A stretch of 64,000 nucleotides of DNA from Candidatus Dormiibacterota bacterium (GTDB taxonomy: Bacteria; Chloroflexota; Dormibacteria; Aeolococcales; Bog-877): assembly GCA_027319585.1 (NCBI GenBank), contig DAHVMY010000001.1, positions 70,192 to 134,191 on the forward strand. The letters run 5' to 3'. The notes below the pieces were generated by a model. It had not been told where the DNA came from and did no database searches. It worked only from the letters and a program-made list of their open reading frames with translations. Positions 47,111 to 57,272 of this stretch are shown here, piece by piece. A program made the position numbers and the translations under genes. Positions within the stretch are counted from its first letter, which is position 1. Every line of letters begins with the position of its first letter.

Positions 47111-49000
47111 ATGCCCGGACAACGCCGCGCGGTGGCCTATGTGGTGATCTTTGCCGCCATCCTTGCGATCGCCCTGATCGCCTGGCATATGGCGCCCGGA
47201 CCAACCATCCCCACCGCTCCGACCGGAACCCTCCAGCAGGCGCTGCAGAACTACCAGCTCCAGCAGGAGGGTAAGCCAGTTCCCGCGGGGGCGGTCATAA
47301 TCAGCTCTGACCCGCACCACCGGGCGGAGGTGCAGAACCAGAGCTCTCCGGTGGATTGGTGGACCACCACCGGCAAGGAGTACCAGACAGTCCTGGATGG
47401 GACCGGCACCGAGACCTTCTTCGCCAAGTACGGCTTCACCAATTGGACCGAACAGAATGCCAACAACAACGTGTTCCTGATCGACTTCTTGCCCCAGATC
47501 GTGCTGGTCTTGGTGATCCTGGGCTTCCTGTGGTTCATGCTCAGGCAGAGCCAGAGCGGCAACAGCCAGGCGATGTCGTTCGGACGCAGCCGCGCCCGGA
47601 TGGTTGCCGGCGACAAGCCCCAGGTCACCTTCGGCGACGTCGCCGGGGTGGACGAGGCCAAGCAGGAGCTCGGCGAGATCGTGGAGTTCCTCAAGTACCC
47701 AGACCGCTTCACCTCCCTGGGGGCGCGCATCCCCAAGGGCGTTCTCATGGTCGGCCCTCCGGGGGCGGGCAAGACCCTGCTCAGCAAGGCGGTGGCCGGG
47801 GAGGCCGGGGTGCCGTTCTTCAGCATCTCGGGTTCGGAGTTCGTCGAGATGTTCGTCGGGGTGGGGGCGTCGCGGGTGCGCGATCTGTTCGACCAGGCCA
47901 AGAAGAACAGCCCCTGCATCGTCTTCGTCGATGAGATCGATGCCGTGGGCCGCCAGCGCGGGGCCGGCCTTGGCGGTGGTCATGACGAGCGTGAACAGAC
48001 CCTGAACCAGCTCCTGGTGGAGATGGACGGCTTCGAAACCAACACCCACGTGATCGTCATCGCGGCCACCAACCGCCCCGACGTGCTGGACCCGGCGCTG
48101 CTGCGCCCGGGCCGCTTCGACCGCCATGTGACCCTGGACCGCCCGGACATCCGCGGTCGGGAGGCGATCCTGAAGGTGCACGCCCGCAACAAGCCGCTCG
48201 ACACCGAGGTTGACCTCAACACCCTGGCCAAGCAGACGGTGGGCTTCAGCGGGGCCGACCTGGCCAACCTGATCAACGAGGCGGCCATCCTCTCCGCCCG
48301 GCAGAACCGCAAGGTCATCGGGATGAAGGAGCTGGAGGAGGCGATCGCCCGGGTGATCGCGGGGCCGGAGCGAAAGTCCCGCCGGATCTCCGACGAGGAG
48401 AAGCTGGTGATCGCCTACCACGAGATGGGGCACGCGCTGGTCATGCGCAGCCTGCCGCACTGCGACCCCCCCTACAAGATCAGCATCGTCAGCCGCGGGA
48501 TGGCCCTGGGCTGGACCATGCAGTTGCCGGAGCACGACAAGGTCCTGGTCAGCAAGTCGGAGTTGACCGACCAGCTGGCGGGAATTCTCGGGGGCCGGGT
48601 GGCGGAGGAGATCCTCCTCGGGGACGCCAACATCACCACCGGCGCCTCTGATGACATCGGCAAGGCGACCAAGTTGGCGCGGCGCATGGTGACGGAGTGG
48701 GGGATGAGCGAGAAGCTGGGTCCCTTGGCGTTCGGGACCAAGGAGGAGCTGGTGTTCCTGGGCCGGGATCTCGGGGAGCAGCGCAACTACTCCGAGGAGG
48801 TGGCCGGGGAGATCGACCAGGAGGTGCACTCCCTCGTCGACAACGCCTACCTCACCGCCAAGAAGGTGCTAACGCTGCGGCGGGGAACGCTGCAGGCGTT
48901 GGCCGATCACCTGATCGAGGTGGAATCCATGGACCGCGCCGAGATGGACGAGCTGATCCAGCAGGTGGAGGAGGGGACCCCGCAGGCAGCCGGCCTGTAG
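47111..49000 (+). CDS. ftsH: ATP-dependent zinc metalloprotease FtsH
   Basis: Two N-terminal TM helices, Walker A GPPGAGKT, Walker [12 protein letters not shown] ..[18 protein letters not shown].., and zinc motif HEMGHA. Confidence 0.95.
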   Translation: MPGQRRAVAYVVIFAAILAIALIAWHMAPGPTIPTAPTGTLQQALQNYQLQQEGKPVPAGAVIISSDPHHRAEVQNQSSPVDWWTTTGKEYQTVLDGTGTETFFAKYGFTNWTEQNANNNVFLIDFLPQIVLVLVILGFLWFMLRQSQSGNSQAMSFGRSRARMVAGDKPQVTFGDVAGVDEAKQELGEIVEFLKYPDRFTSLGARIPKGVLMVGPPGAGKTLLSKAVAGEAGVPFFSISGSEFVEMFVGVGASRVRDLFDQAKKNSPCIVFVDEIDAVGRQRGAGLGGGHDEREQTLNQLLVEMDGFETNTHVIVIAATNRPDVLDPALLRPGRFDRHVTLDRPDIRGREAILKVHARNKPLDTEVDLNTLAKQTVGFSGADLANLINEAAILSARQNRKVIGMKELEEAIARVIAGPERKSRRISDEEKLVIAYHEMGHALVMRSLPHCDPPYKISIVSRGMALGWTMQLPEHDKVLVSKSELTDQLAGILGGRVAEEILLGDANITTGASDDIGKATKLARRMVTEWGMSEKLGPLAFGTKEELVFLGRDLGEQRNYSEEVAGEIDQEVHSLVDNAYLTAKKVLTLRRGTLQALADHLIEVESMDRAEMDELIQQVEEGTPQAAGL

Positions 49001-49124
49001 CGGGCAGCGGGGCCGGCTCCAGCCCGTGGCCGGTCCGACTGCACATGGGGGTGACGGCGCCGCTGCCGTCGATGCCATTGTTGGTCAGACCGTCACACCG
49101 GTGGCGGCTCACCCGAATCCCGCG

Positions 49125-49325
49125 TCACCCGCGCGGGGGAATGGAGAAGCCCGCCCGCCTCACCTCGGAGGGCTGCTGCTGACGGCGGACGATGTAGCGC
49201 AAGCCCTGCGGGGTCGACAGTGCCTGCAGGAGGTCGAATCCCTCCTCCTGGGACAGCCGATTGACCTCTTCGAGGCTCTCCACCTCCCGGTACTCGTAGA
49301 CGTCGCGGGGCGGGTTTGATGCCAT
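49125..49325 (-). CDS. Small hypothetical protein (66 aa), DUF4177-like pattern
   Basis: ATG at 49325 gives MASNPPRDVYEYREVESLEEVNRLSQEEGFDLLQALSTPQGLRYIVRRQ... Strong GC3 codon bias. The family resemblance (YEY..., ..EGF.L..) is weak. Confidence 0.4.
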   Translation of the reverse strand: MASNPPRDVYEYREVESLEEVNRLSQEEGFDLLQALSTPQGLRYIVRRQQQPSEVRRAGFSIPPRG

Positions 49326-49605
49326 GGGGTGGACTCCTGTGGGACCAGACGGTGGGTGCGGCCGGGCCGCTGACGTCCAGTTTGGCAGCAACCAGGAGGG
49401 CCGGGCACGCACCAAGGCTGCCGCGGTAAGCTGGCGGAGCAGCAGCGAGAGGTGCGGCGGGATCTCGCATCCCGCACTGATATACTCTCGCCCGCACCAG
49501 AGCGCCTTGTGTCGGCGCCACGTTTCCAAGATCGGAGGATCCATTAGCCCGTTGGCCGAGCTCGCCACCGACACCGCCATCGAGGAGCAGACGACGTTCA
49601 GCTCC

Positions 49606-50949
49606 ATGGAGGAGTACCTCCGCATCAGCGCGGACTCGATCCGCACCCTGACCTACGGCGACATCGTTGACGGCACGGTCGTGCGCGTCGACCCGGACGA
49701 GGTTCTGGTTGACATCGGAGCCAAGTCCGAGGGTGTCATCTCCAACCGGGAGTTGACCGGACGCGCGGAGGAGCCGGTGATCCTCAACCCCGGCGACCGC
49801 ATCAAGGTCTACGTACTGCAGTCCGAGAACGAGGACGGGAACGTGGTGCTCAGCCTCCGCCGCGCTCGTGCGGAGGGTATCTGGGCCAAGGCCGCGGAGA
49901 AGGAGAGCACCGGCGAGGGGGTCGAGGCCGAGGTCAAGGAGCAGAACAAGGGCGGCCTGATCGTGAACATCATGGGCCTCAGGGGCTTTCTGCCCAGCTC
50001 CCAGGTGGCGCGGACTCATTCCGGCAACCTCTTGGACTTGGTGGGCGAGCGGATCATGGTCAAGATCCTGGAGGTCAACCGCAAGCGCAACCGGCTGATC
50101 GTCAGCCAGCGGGCGGCTCAGGACGAGGACCGTGCCCGCCAGCGCGAGGAGCTGTTCGAGCGCCTCTCCGTGGGCGATGTCATCACCGGCCGGGTGAGTG
50201 GCCTGACCTCGTATGGGGCCTTCATCAACCTGGGCGGCGCCGACGGTCTGATCCACATCAGCGAGCTGAGTTGGGACCGTGTCAGCAACGTGTCGGACAT
50301 GCTGGCGGTCGGCGACGAGGTCACCGTCAAGGTGATCAAGCTGGACCCCGAGCTATCGCGGATATCCCTGTCATTGCGGCAGATGAGCGAGGATCCCTGG
50401 GACAGCATCGAGGCCCGCTTCCCTCCGGGAACCATCATCGAGGGGCAGGTCACCAAGACCAAGAAGTACGGCGCCTTCCTGCAGATCGCCGATGGGGTGG
50501 AGGGGCTGCTGCACATCAGTGAACTCTCCTGGGAGCATGTCGAGCGGACCGAGGACGTGCTGAGGGTGGGGGACAACATCCGGGTCGTGGTCCTCCAGGC
50601 CGATCGCGGTCGGCGGCGCATCTCGCTCTCCTACCGCCAGCTGCTGCCCCGCCCAGACCACCTGCCGGCCGACGATGACCAGGCAGAGTCGTCCTACTCG
50701 GCGGCTGCCGACTACGAGCCTGACGAGGTCGAGGACCGGACGGCGGCCGAGGAGCCCGGGGTGGAAGTTTCCCCGGCGGTGACTGAGGAGTCGCGCGAGG
50801 CTCCGGTCGAGGCAGGGCCAACCGCCGAGCCCGAGGCAGAGGCAGGGGAAGTAGCCGAATCACCGGAAGCGCCTGTGGCTGAGACTGACCCGGATGCGGA
50901 GGCAGCGGTCTCAGAGACGAATGCCGAGGGTGAGCCCCCCGTCGAATAG
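49606..50949 (+). CDS. rpsA: 30S ribosomal protein S1 (four S1 domains plus a roughly 100-aa acidic tail)
   Basis: Repeated S1 motifs (GDIVDGTVVRV.., GEGVEAEVKEQNKGGLIVNI, GDVITGRVSGLTSYGAFINLG, GTIIEGQVTKTKKYGAFLQIA). The start is ATG 49606 or TTG 49552. TATACT at 49481-49486 is a candidate -10. Confidence 0.85.
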   Translation: MEEYLRISADSIRTLTYGDIVDGTVVRVDPDEVLVDIGAKSEGVISNRELTGRAEEPVILNPGDRIKVYVLQSENEDGNVVLSLRRARAEGIWAKAAEKESTGEGVEAEVKEQNKGGLIVNIMGLRGFLPSSQVARTHSGNLLDLVGERIMVKILEVNRKRNRLIVSQRAAQDEDRARQREELFERLSVGDVITGRVSGLTSYGAFINLGGADGLIHISELSWDRVSNVSDMLAVGDEVTVKVIKLDPELSRISLSLRQMSEDPWDSIEARFPPGTIIEGQVTKTKKYGAFLQIADGVEGLLHISELSWEHVERTEDVLRVGDNIRVVVLQADRGRRRISLSYRQLLPRPDHLPADDDQAESSYSAAADYEPDEVEDRTAAEEPGVEVSPAVTEESREAPVEAGPTAEPEAEAGEVAESPEAPVAETDPDAEAAVSETNAEGEPPVE

Positions 50950-50958
50950 CCGGGCCGG

Positions 50959-50979
50959 GCGGCGGTAGCTGACCGCCGC
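50959..50979 (+). terminator. 8-bp hairpin GCGGCGGT-agctg-ACCGCCGC after rpsA
   Basis: Perfect inverted repeat beginning 10 nt after stop 50949. No U-tract. Confidence 0.35.
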
Positions 50980-51081
50980 GGTCAGCCGCCCGTCCGGAGT
51001 TCTGGTGGCAATCTCGCTGGGCGGGGCGGGGGCCGGGTTTGGTGTCATGATGGACGGTGTCCCAGGCTTGCCGGAGGCGCC

Positions 51082-51510
51082 ATGTATCCCCTTGAGCGAT
51101 TCACCGGCCGGGCCAGGAGGGCACTGGCCCTGGCCCGTGACGAGGCCGAGAAGTCGCATCACTCCTATATCGGGACCGAGCACCTGCTGCTAGGGCTGCT
51201 GCGTGAGGGTGACGGGCTGGCGGCCAAGGTGCTGGGCAACCTCGGCTTGGAGATCGACAAGGTACGGACCACGATCGAGTCGGCCCTGGGGCGCAACGAG
51301 CGAGTCATCGTGCAGCAGATCATCCCCACCTCCCGGGTCAAGAAGGTGATCGAGATCGCCTTCGAAGAGTCCGAGCGGATGAACAAGACCTACGTGGGTA
51401 CCGAGCACCTTCTGCTCGGGCTGATACTCGAGCGACAGGGATTGGCCGCCCACGTGCTTGAGGAGCTGGGGGCAACCCTGGAACGGGTGCGACTGGAGAT
51501 CGCCAGCATC
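51082..51510 (+). repeat. Copy A of an approximately 430-bp direct duplication (Clp N-domain coding sequence)
   Basis: A hand alignment of 410 nt with 52333-52742 gave about 50 mismatches (roughly 88% identity), including an identical run of at least 60 nt (cgt gcagcagatc atccccacct cccgggtcaa gaaggtgatc gagatcgcct tcgaagag). Confidence 0.85.
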
Positions 51511-52119
51511 GGTGGCGACCGCCTGGCAGTTGGCTTGGACGAGGCGGATCTTGGTCAGGACCCCTGGGATCTGCGGCAGAGGCTGCATGACCAGCTGCAT
51601 CGGGCGGGCGGGCGCAGCCGGGCGGAGCCGATGCCCACCGGAGTCGCCTATTCCTCGCTCATGGCCGCCCTGCTTCCGCCCAGGGTGGGAGCGGCAGCCC
51701 GCAGCGCTCTGGCGCTGGCCGAGGAGGAGGCGACCAGGCAGCGCGCGCCTCGGGTCGGGACCGACCATCTCCTCTTCGGCCTGCTCCGTCAGGCTGAGGG
51801 GGGAGCGGCCCACGTTCTGGCAGGACTGGGGATAGACCTCAGCCGGGCTCGGGCAGGGCTCCCGGTCGCGCCTGACCGCGATGGCCCGGACCGAGACGGC
51901 GGTTCCCTGGAACCAGATGAAGAGCTACTCAGCGCCCTGACCATGGCTCGCCTCAGGGCTGGTGCCGAAGCGCGCTGGCTGGAGACCGGTGACCTCCTGG
52001 TGGCCATCTCCCGACCCAGTTCGGGGCGCGCAGCCGAGATCCTGCGGCGGCTGGGTGTGGTCCACCTCCAGCTGGAGGAGCAGGTGGCGCTGGTGCTGGG
52101 AGATGAGCCGACGGGCTGA
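51082..52119 (+). CDS. Stand-alone double Clp-N (Clp repeat/R domain) protein; N-terminal half is a near-copy of the ClpC N-domain, with no AAA+ modules
   Basis: Residues 1-140 ([67 protein letters not shown]...) are nearly identical to ClpC 52333... The C-terminal half has a second, diverged Clp_N pair (..RVGTDHLLFGLLRQAEGGAAHVLAGLGIDL..). There is no Walker motif anywhere. Confidence 0.75.
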   Translation: MYPLERFTGRARRALALARDEAEKSHHSYIGTEHLLLGLLREGDGLAAKVLGNLGLEIDKVRTTIESALGRNERVIVQQIIPTSRVKKVIEIAFEESERMNKTYVGTEHLLLGLILERQGLAAHVLEELGATLERVRLEIASIGGDRLAVGLDEADLGQDPWDLRQRLHDQLHRAGGRSRAEPMPTGVAYSSLMAALLPPRVGAAARSALALAEEEATRQRAPRVGTDHLLFGLLRQAEGGAAHVLAGLGIDLSRARAGLPVAPDRDGPDRDGGSLEPDEELLSALTMARLRAGAEARWLETGDLLVAISRPSSGRAAEILRRLGVVHLQLEEQVALVLGDEPTG

Positions 52120-52332
52120 TCCAGGCGGCTGCCGACTTCAGACGCCCGCCAAGCATGAGCCTGGCGATGATCGTGGGAACGAGCCAGCGAGGGGCCCCGG
52201 GGGTTCGCCCCCTCGGGATTGGGCATAATGCGAGAGTGATCAGAGTCCAAATGAGCCCGAGACCCGTCCCATCACAGGTCCTCCAGCACCGGCTGGTGGA
52301 CGTTGCCCCCCCAGGGGTCGAGGAGATGACGC

Positions 52333-52760
52333 TTGTATCCCTTTGAGCGATTCACCGAGAAGGCCAAGAAGGTCCTGACCCTGGCCCAAGACGAGGCCGA
52401 GAAGTCCCATCACTCCTACATCGGCACCGAGCACCTGCTGCTGGGGTTGCTGCGTGAGGGCGACGGCCTGGCGGCCAAGGTGCTGGGCAACCTCGGCGTG
52501 GAGATCGACAAGGTCCGGACCACGATCGAGTCGGTCTTGGGGCGCAACGAGCGGATCATCGTGCAGCAGATCATCCCCACCTCCCGGGTCAAGAAGGTGA
52601 TCGAGATCGCCTTCGAAGAGGCCAAGCGGATGAACAACACCTACGTGGGCACGGAACACCTCCTGCTCGGTCTTCTGATCGAGGGGGAGGGGATCGCCGC
52701 CCACGTGCTCGAGGATCTCGGGGCAACCCTGGAGAAGGTGCGCCAGGAGCTGGACTCCCA
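52333..52760 (+). repeat. Copy B of the Clp N-domain duplication (5' end of clpC)
   Basis: See copy A. Similarity begins at the start codons (ATG versus TTG) and fades after ..gcaaccctgg a..ggtgcg. Confidence 0.85.
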
Positions 52761-54888
52761 GCTGCGCGACCAGGGCCTGGAGGACGAGCCTCGCTCCGAG
52801 CACAAGAAGACCACCAAGACGCCCCTGCTCGATCAGTTCTGCCGCGACCTCACCGAGCTCGCCGAGAAGGATCAGCTCGACCCGGTGATTGGCCGGGAGA
52901 AGGAGATCGAGCGCGTGGTGCAGATCCTCTCCCGCCGCACCAAGAACAACCCCGCCCTGATCGGTGAGCCTGGGGTCGGCAAGACCGCCATCGCCGAGGG
53001 GCTCGCCCAGGCGATAGTGCACAAGGAGATCCCCGACTCCCTGGCCAACAAGCGGGTGCTCACCCTCGACATGGGGGCGCTGGTGGCCGGGACGAAGTAC
53101 CGTGGCGAGTTCGAGGAGCGACTCAAGAAGATCCTCGATGAGATCCGCTCATCGAAGGAGGTCGTGCTCTTCATCGACGAGCTGCACACCCTGGTGGGCG
53201 CGGGCGCCGCCGAGGGGGCCATCGACGCCGCCAACATCCTCAAGCCGGCCCTGGCTCGCGGTGAGATCCAGTGCATCGGCGCCACCACCTTGAACGAGTA
53301 CCGCAAGTACATCGAGAAGGATGCGGCGCTGGAGCGTCGCTTCCAGCCCGTCTACGTCGACGAGCCGAAGCTGGAGGAGACGGTGGAGATCCTCTCGGGG
53401 GTGAAGTCTCTCTACGAACAACACCACCGGGTCACCATCACCAATGACGCCCTGCAGGCGGCGGCGGAGCTCTCCGGGCGCTACGTCAGCGATCGCTCGT
53501 GGCCTGACAAGGCGATCGACCTCATCGACGAGGCCAGCGCGCGGGTGCGCATGAAGCTCACCACGACCCCGCCGGAGTTGCGCGCCAAGCAGCGCCACAT
53601 CCGCTCGCTGCAGACGCGGCGGGAGGAGGCGGCTGAGGGTCATGACCTCGACGCCGCTGGCAAGATCGACGTCGAACTGAAGCAGTTGAAGCAGGAGTAC
53701 GCCACCGAGGAGGCCGCCTGGCGGGATGAGCTGGGCCAGACCGTGGCCACGGTGACGGAGCACAACATCGCCGACATCGTGTCGTCCTGGACCGGAGTCC
53801 CCGTGAGTCGCCTGGTGGAGGCCGAGACCAAGCGGCTGATGGAGATGGAGGCGGAGATCCACCGGCGCCTGGTGGGCCAGGACGAGGCGGTCAAGGTCAT
53901 CTGCCAGGCGGTTCGGCGGTCCCGGGCGGGGCTGAAGGACCCCAAGCGGCCCATCGGGTCGTTCATCTTCCTAGGTCCGACCGGGGTTGGCAAGACGGAG
54001 CTGGCGCGCAGCCTGGCGGCATTCCTTTTCGACAGCGAGGACGCGCTCATCCGCCTGGACATGTCGGAGTTCGCGGAGCGCCACAGCACGGCCCGCTTGG
54101 TGGGCTCGCCTCCGGGATATGTCGGCTACGACGAGGGCGGCCAGTTGACCGAGGCGGTGCGCCGCCGTCCCTACAGTGTGGTGCTCTTCGACGAGATCGA
54201 AAAGGCCCATCCGGACTTCTTCAACATCCTGCTGCAGATCCTGGAGGATGGCCGGCTGACCGATGCCAAGGGCAAGATCGTCAACTTCGCCAACACCATC
54301 GTGATCATGACCAGCAACCTCGGCATCCAGGGAGTCGGCACCAACATCTCAATGGGATTCCAGCCGAGCGTGCCCACCTCCAGCGGTGAGGATAGGGAAC
54401 ACGCTCAGATGCGGGAGCGGATCACCGACGAGCTCAAGAAGTCGTTCCGGCCGGAGTTCCTGAACCGTGTCGATTCGGTGGTGGTGTTCCACCGGCTGCG
54501 CCCGCAGGAGACGCGTCAGATAGTGGAGCTGATGCTGACCCGTACCCGCGACCACCTGAAGCGCCAGGGGCTGAGCCTGCTGGTGACGGAGGAGGCCAAG
54601 GACAAGCTTGTCGAGATCGGCTTCGACAAGGTGTACGGGGCTAGGCCGCTGCGCCGAGCGATCCAGACCGAGATCGAGGACCCACTCAGCGAGGCTCTGC
54701 TGCAGACGCAGTTCTCACTGGGCGACCTGGTGACGATCGACGTTGAGGATGGCAAGATCCGCACCCACGTGGTCCCAGGCCCGCCACCGCCGGACGAGCC
54801 CTCCTCCCCTGCCCAGCTCACCTCCGCCGCCGAGCCCGCGGGGGCGGGCGCCAGTGGGCCGGGCGGCGATGGCGGCAACCCCGCCTGA
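52333..54888 (+). CDS. clpC: ATP-dependent Clp protease ATP-binding subunit ClpC
   Basis: Clp_N repeats, AAA-1 GEPGVGKTA / LFIDELH, a middle UVR-like coiled coil, AAA-2 GPTGVGKTE / [11 protein letters not shown], and ..[10 protein letters not shown]... The TTG start at 52333 is preceded by GAGGAG. Confidence 0.95.
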   Translation: MYPFERFTEKAKKVLTLAQDEAEKSHHSYIGTEHLLLGLLREGDGLAAKVLGNLGVEIDKVRTTIESVLGRNERIIVQQIIPTSRVKKVIEIAFEEAKRMNNTYVGTEHLLLGLLIEGEGIAAHVLEDLGATLEKVRQELDSQLRDQGLEDEPRSEHKKTTKTPLLDQFCRDLTELAEKDQLDPVIGREKEIERVVQILSRRTKNNPALIGEPGVGKTAIAEGLAQAIVHKEIPDSLANKRVLTLDMGALVAGTKYRGEFEERLKKILDEIRSSKEVVLFIDELHTLVGAGAAEGAIDAANILKPALARGEIQCIGATTLNEYRKYIEKDAALERRFQPVYVDEPKLEETVEILSGVKSLYEQHHRVTITNDALQAAAELSGRYVSDRSWPDKAIDLIDEASARVRMKLTTTPPELRAKQRHIRSLQTRREEAAEGHDLDAAGKIDVELKQLKQEYATEEAAWRDELGQTVATVTEHNIADIVSSWTGVPVSRLVEAETKRLMEMEAEIHRRLVGQDEAVKVICQAVRRSRAGLKDPKRPIGSFIFLGPTGVGKTELARSLAAFLFDSEDALIRLDMSEFAERHSTARLVGSPPGYVGYDEGGQLTEAVRRRPYSVVLFDEIEKAHPDFFNILLQILEDGRLTDAKGKIVNFANTIVIMTSNLGIQGVGTNISMGFQPSVPTSSGEDREHAQMRERITDELKKSFRPEFLNRVDSVVVFHRLRPQETRQIVELMLTRTRDHLKRQGLSLLVTEEAKDKLVEIGFDKVYGARPLRRAIQTEIEDPLSEALLQTQFSLGDLVTIDVEDGKIRTHVVPGPPPPDEPSSPAQLTSAAEPAGAGASGPGGDGGNPA

Positions 54889-56068
54889 GTCCCCGGAGGA
54901 GTCATCCTCCGGCCTCCGGTTGCGCTTCGCCCGGGTAGGGCTGCCCACCGATCCCCGCGCACGTCCCGAGCGCATCGCGAGCCTGGTCGGGATCTGCGTG
55001 GGGGCGATTGGAGGCACCCTCTACGGTGCCATCCTGAGTTCGCGGATCCCGCCGCTGGAAACGTGGCAAGGCTCGACCATCAGCGTTGTGGTGGGGCTGG
55101 GGCTGGGTTGCGTCGTGGGCTACATCCTCGCCCCCAACCTCACGGTCCGTCCCTACTTCTGGGCCGAGGAGACGCTGGCCACCCTGCCTGCATCGGAACT
55201 GATCGGCCTCCTGGGTGGCGTCATCGTCGCCCTGGCGATCGCGGCTCTGGTGGCGCTCATCGCCAGCGGACTCCCCTTCGGCCTTGGCTGGGTGGTGGCG
55301 GTCCTGGTGGCGGCCGTCCTGGTGCCTCTCGGCCTGACCGTTGGCCGTCGACGCAGGAAGGACTTCACCATGTTGGGGATCGGCGGGGTGCAGGCAGGCC
55401 CGCCCCTCGCCAAGGTGGTGGTGGACACCAGCGCGGTCATCGATGGGAGGCTGCTGGACCTGGCTCGGGCGGGGTTCTGCCTGTACCAGCTCGCCATCCC
55501 CCAGTTCGTGCTTGAGGAGCTCCAGGCCGTGGCGGACTCCGGCGACCCCATCCGGCGGGCCCGGGGTCGCCGGGGCATCGCCATGCTGGAGGAGCTGCGA
55601 GCCCTCCCGGGGCTGGACCTGCAGTTCCCCACTGTCGACTACCCATCCATGCCCGAGGTCGACGCCCGCCTGGTGCGCCTGGCCAAGGAGGAGGGTGCCT
55701 CCCTGCTCACGGTCGACTACAACCTGGACAAGGTCGCCCAGATCGCCGGGGTCGGAGTGCTGAATCTGAACCAGCTGGCGACCGCCATGCGGCCGACTCT
55801 GGTCGCCGGTGAGCGCTTGGCAGTCGAGGTGGTGAAAGAGGGCCGTGAGGCTGACCAGGGGGTGGGCTATCTCGAGGACGGGACGATGCTGGTGGTTGAA
55901 GGGGGGAGAGACCGGATGGGTGAGAGGGTCCCGGTCGTGGTCCGCAGTGTCATCCAGACCGCCTCGGGACGCATGGTCTTCGCCCACGTCGAGGGCGCGG
56001 AGGCCGAGGAGGCATCGCGGGCGGCCAAGGGCCCCAAGAGCGCTCGGGCGGGCGGCGGCGGCCGTTGA
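54869..56068 (+). CDS. yacL: PIN/TRAM-domain membrane protein (YacL-like)
   Basis: N-terminal TM helices, PIN segment VVVDTSAVIDGRLLDL..., ..LLTVDYNLDKVAQIAGVGVLNLNQLA.., and TRAM-like C-terminus ..QGVGYLEDGTMLVVEGG... ATG 54869 overlaps the clpC end by 20 nt. Confidence 0.8.
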   Translation: MAATPPESPEESSSGLRLRFARVGLPTDPRARPERIASLVGICVGAIGGTLYGAILSSRIPPLETWQGSTISVVVGLGLGCVVGYILAPNLTVRPYFWAEETLATLPASELIGLLGGVIVALAIAALVALIASGLPFGLGWVVAVLVAAVLVPLGLTVGRRRRKDFTMLGIGGVQAGPPLAKVVVDTSAVIDGRLLDLARAGFCLYQLAIPQFVLEELQAVADSGDPIRRARGRRGIAMLEELRALPGLDLQFPTVDYPSMPEVDARLVRLAKEEGASLLTVDYNLDKVAQIAGVGVLNLNQLATAMRPTLVAGERLAVEVVKEGREADQGVGYLEDGTMLVVEGGRDRMGERVPVVVRSVIQTASGRMVFAHVEGAEAEEASRAAKGPKSARAGGGGR

Positions 56069-56772
56069 CGGCGCCTCTGAAGGAGCCCGGGGTCAGCGCG
56101 GTCGTCCCAGCCGCTGGCAGCGGCACGAGGTTTGGGGGGGCAAAGCTCTGGGCGGAGCTCGCGGGGCAGCCGGTGCTGGCCTGGGTTCTCCGCGCCCTTG
56201 GGGACCCCAGCGCGGGCGTCACCGAGCTGGTGGTCGTGGCCGATCCCATGGACCACCGGCGAATCATCGAGTTGAGCTCGGAGCTCGCTCCGCGGCTCGG
56301 GTGCTCCTGTGTGCGGGGCGGCGCCCGGCGCCAGGATTCGGTTCGCAATGGGCTGGAGTTGACCACCCAGGAGTGGGTGGTGGTCCACGATGGGGCACGC
56401 CCAGCGGTCACCCCCGAATTGGTCGCCCGGGTGGTGGCCGCGGCCCAGCGGGTCGGTGCTGCCACCGCCTATGTTCCGGTCGTGGACTCGACGGCCCGGC
56501 TCGTCGGCGCGCGGGTCGAGGCCTTTCTGCCCCGGGGCGAACTCGGCGCGATCCAGACTCCCCAGGCCTTTCGCCGGGAGCTGCTGCTGCGCGCGCATCG
56601 GCAGGCCATGACGACCGGGCTGGAGGCGGATGACGATGCCGCCCTGGTCCTGGCGCTGGCGGAGCCGGTCGCAGCCGTGCCCGGGGACCCCAGCAACCTC
56701 AAGGTGACCAGGACTCAGGACATCTCCGCCCTGCGCACCTGGCTCAGCGCTCAGGAGGGCACCCGGCCTTGA
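56065..56772 (+). CDS. ispD: 2-C-methyl-D-erythritol 4-phosphate cytidylyltransferase
   Basis: ..AVVPAAGSGTRFGG.. P-loop-like motif and ..VHDGARP.. are IspD signatures. Confidence 0.9.
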   Translation: MTAPLKEPGVSAVVPAAGSGTRFGGAKLWAELAGQPVLAWVLRALGDPSAGVTELVVVADPMDHRRIIELSSELAPRLGCSCVRGGARRQDSVRNGLELTTQEWVVVHDGARPAVTPELVARVVAAAQRVGAATAYVPVVDSTARLVGARVEAFLPRGELGAIQTPQAFRRELLLRAHRQAMTTGLEADDDAALVLALAEPVAAVPGDPSNLKVTRTQDISALRTWLSAQEGTRP

Positions 56773-57254
56773 GTGGCCGCGCCTGCCCCGGGGTCGGGCT
56801 GGGGTTCGACGTGCATCGCTTCGGGGGTCGCGGCCCGCTGGTGCTGGGCGGCGTCGAGGTGCCCCACCGCGAGGGGCTGCTCGGCCACTCTGACGCCGAC
56901 GTCCTGTGCCACGCGGTCGCGGACGCCATCCTCGGGGCGGCGGCGCTGGGAGACCTCGGCGAGCACTTTCCCAGCTCCGACCAGAGGTGGCGAGGGGTGT
57001 CGTCGCTGCATCTGCTGGAGCTGGTTCTGGAGCTGATGGCCCCTTGGCGGCTGCAGGTGCGCGGGGTTGACTCCACCCTCATAGCCGAGGCGCCGCGCCT
57101 GCAGCCCTACCGGCAGCAGATGGCGAGGACGATGGGAGAGGCTCTGGGGCTCGTCGCGGGGGCCTGCTCGGTCAAGATCAAGTCCACTGACGGCCTGGGA
57201 TCCACCGGCCGGGGGGAGGGGATCGCCGCCCTGGCGATCGCCACCGTGGGGTGA
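56769..57254 (+). CDS. ispF: 2-C-methyl-D-erythritol 2,4-cyclodiphosphate synthase
   Basis: ..GVGLGFDVHRF.., ..LLGHSDADVLCHAVADAILGA.. and ..DLGEHFP.. are IspF signatures. Confidence 0.9.
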   Translation: MSGRACPGVGLGFDVHRFGGRGPLVLGGVEVPHREGLLGHSDADVLCHAVADAILGAAALGDLGEHFPSSDQRWRGVSSLHLLELVLELMAPWRLQVRGVDSTLIAEAPRLQPYRQQMARTMGEALGLVAGACSVKIKSTDGLGSTGRGEGIAALAIATVG

Positions 57255-57272
57255 GGTCACCCGGCCAATAAC

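Noticed and set aside
52120-52332. A CtsR operator (GGTCAAA-N3-GGTCAAA) or other recognisable heat-shock operator upstream of clpC.
   Set aside because: No such repeat was seen by eye, only a CATAAT -10-like hexamer (about 52223) and an SD. I cannot exclude a divergent operator without a motif scan.
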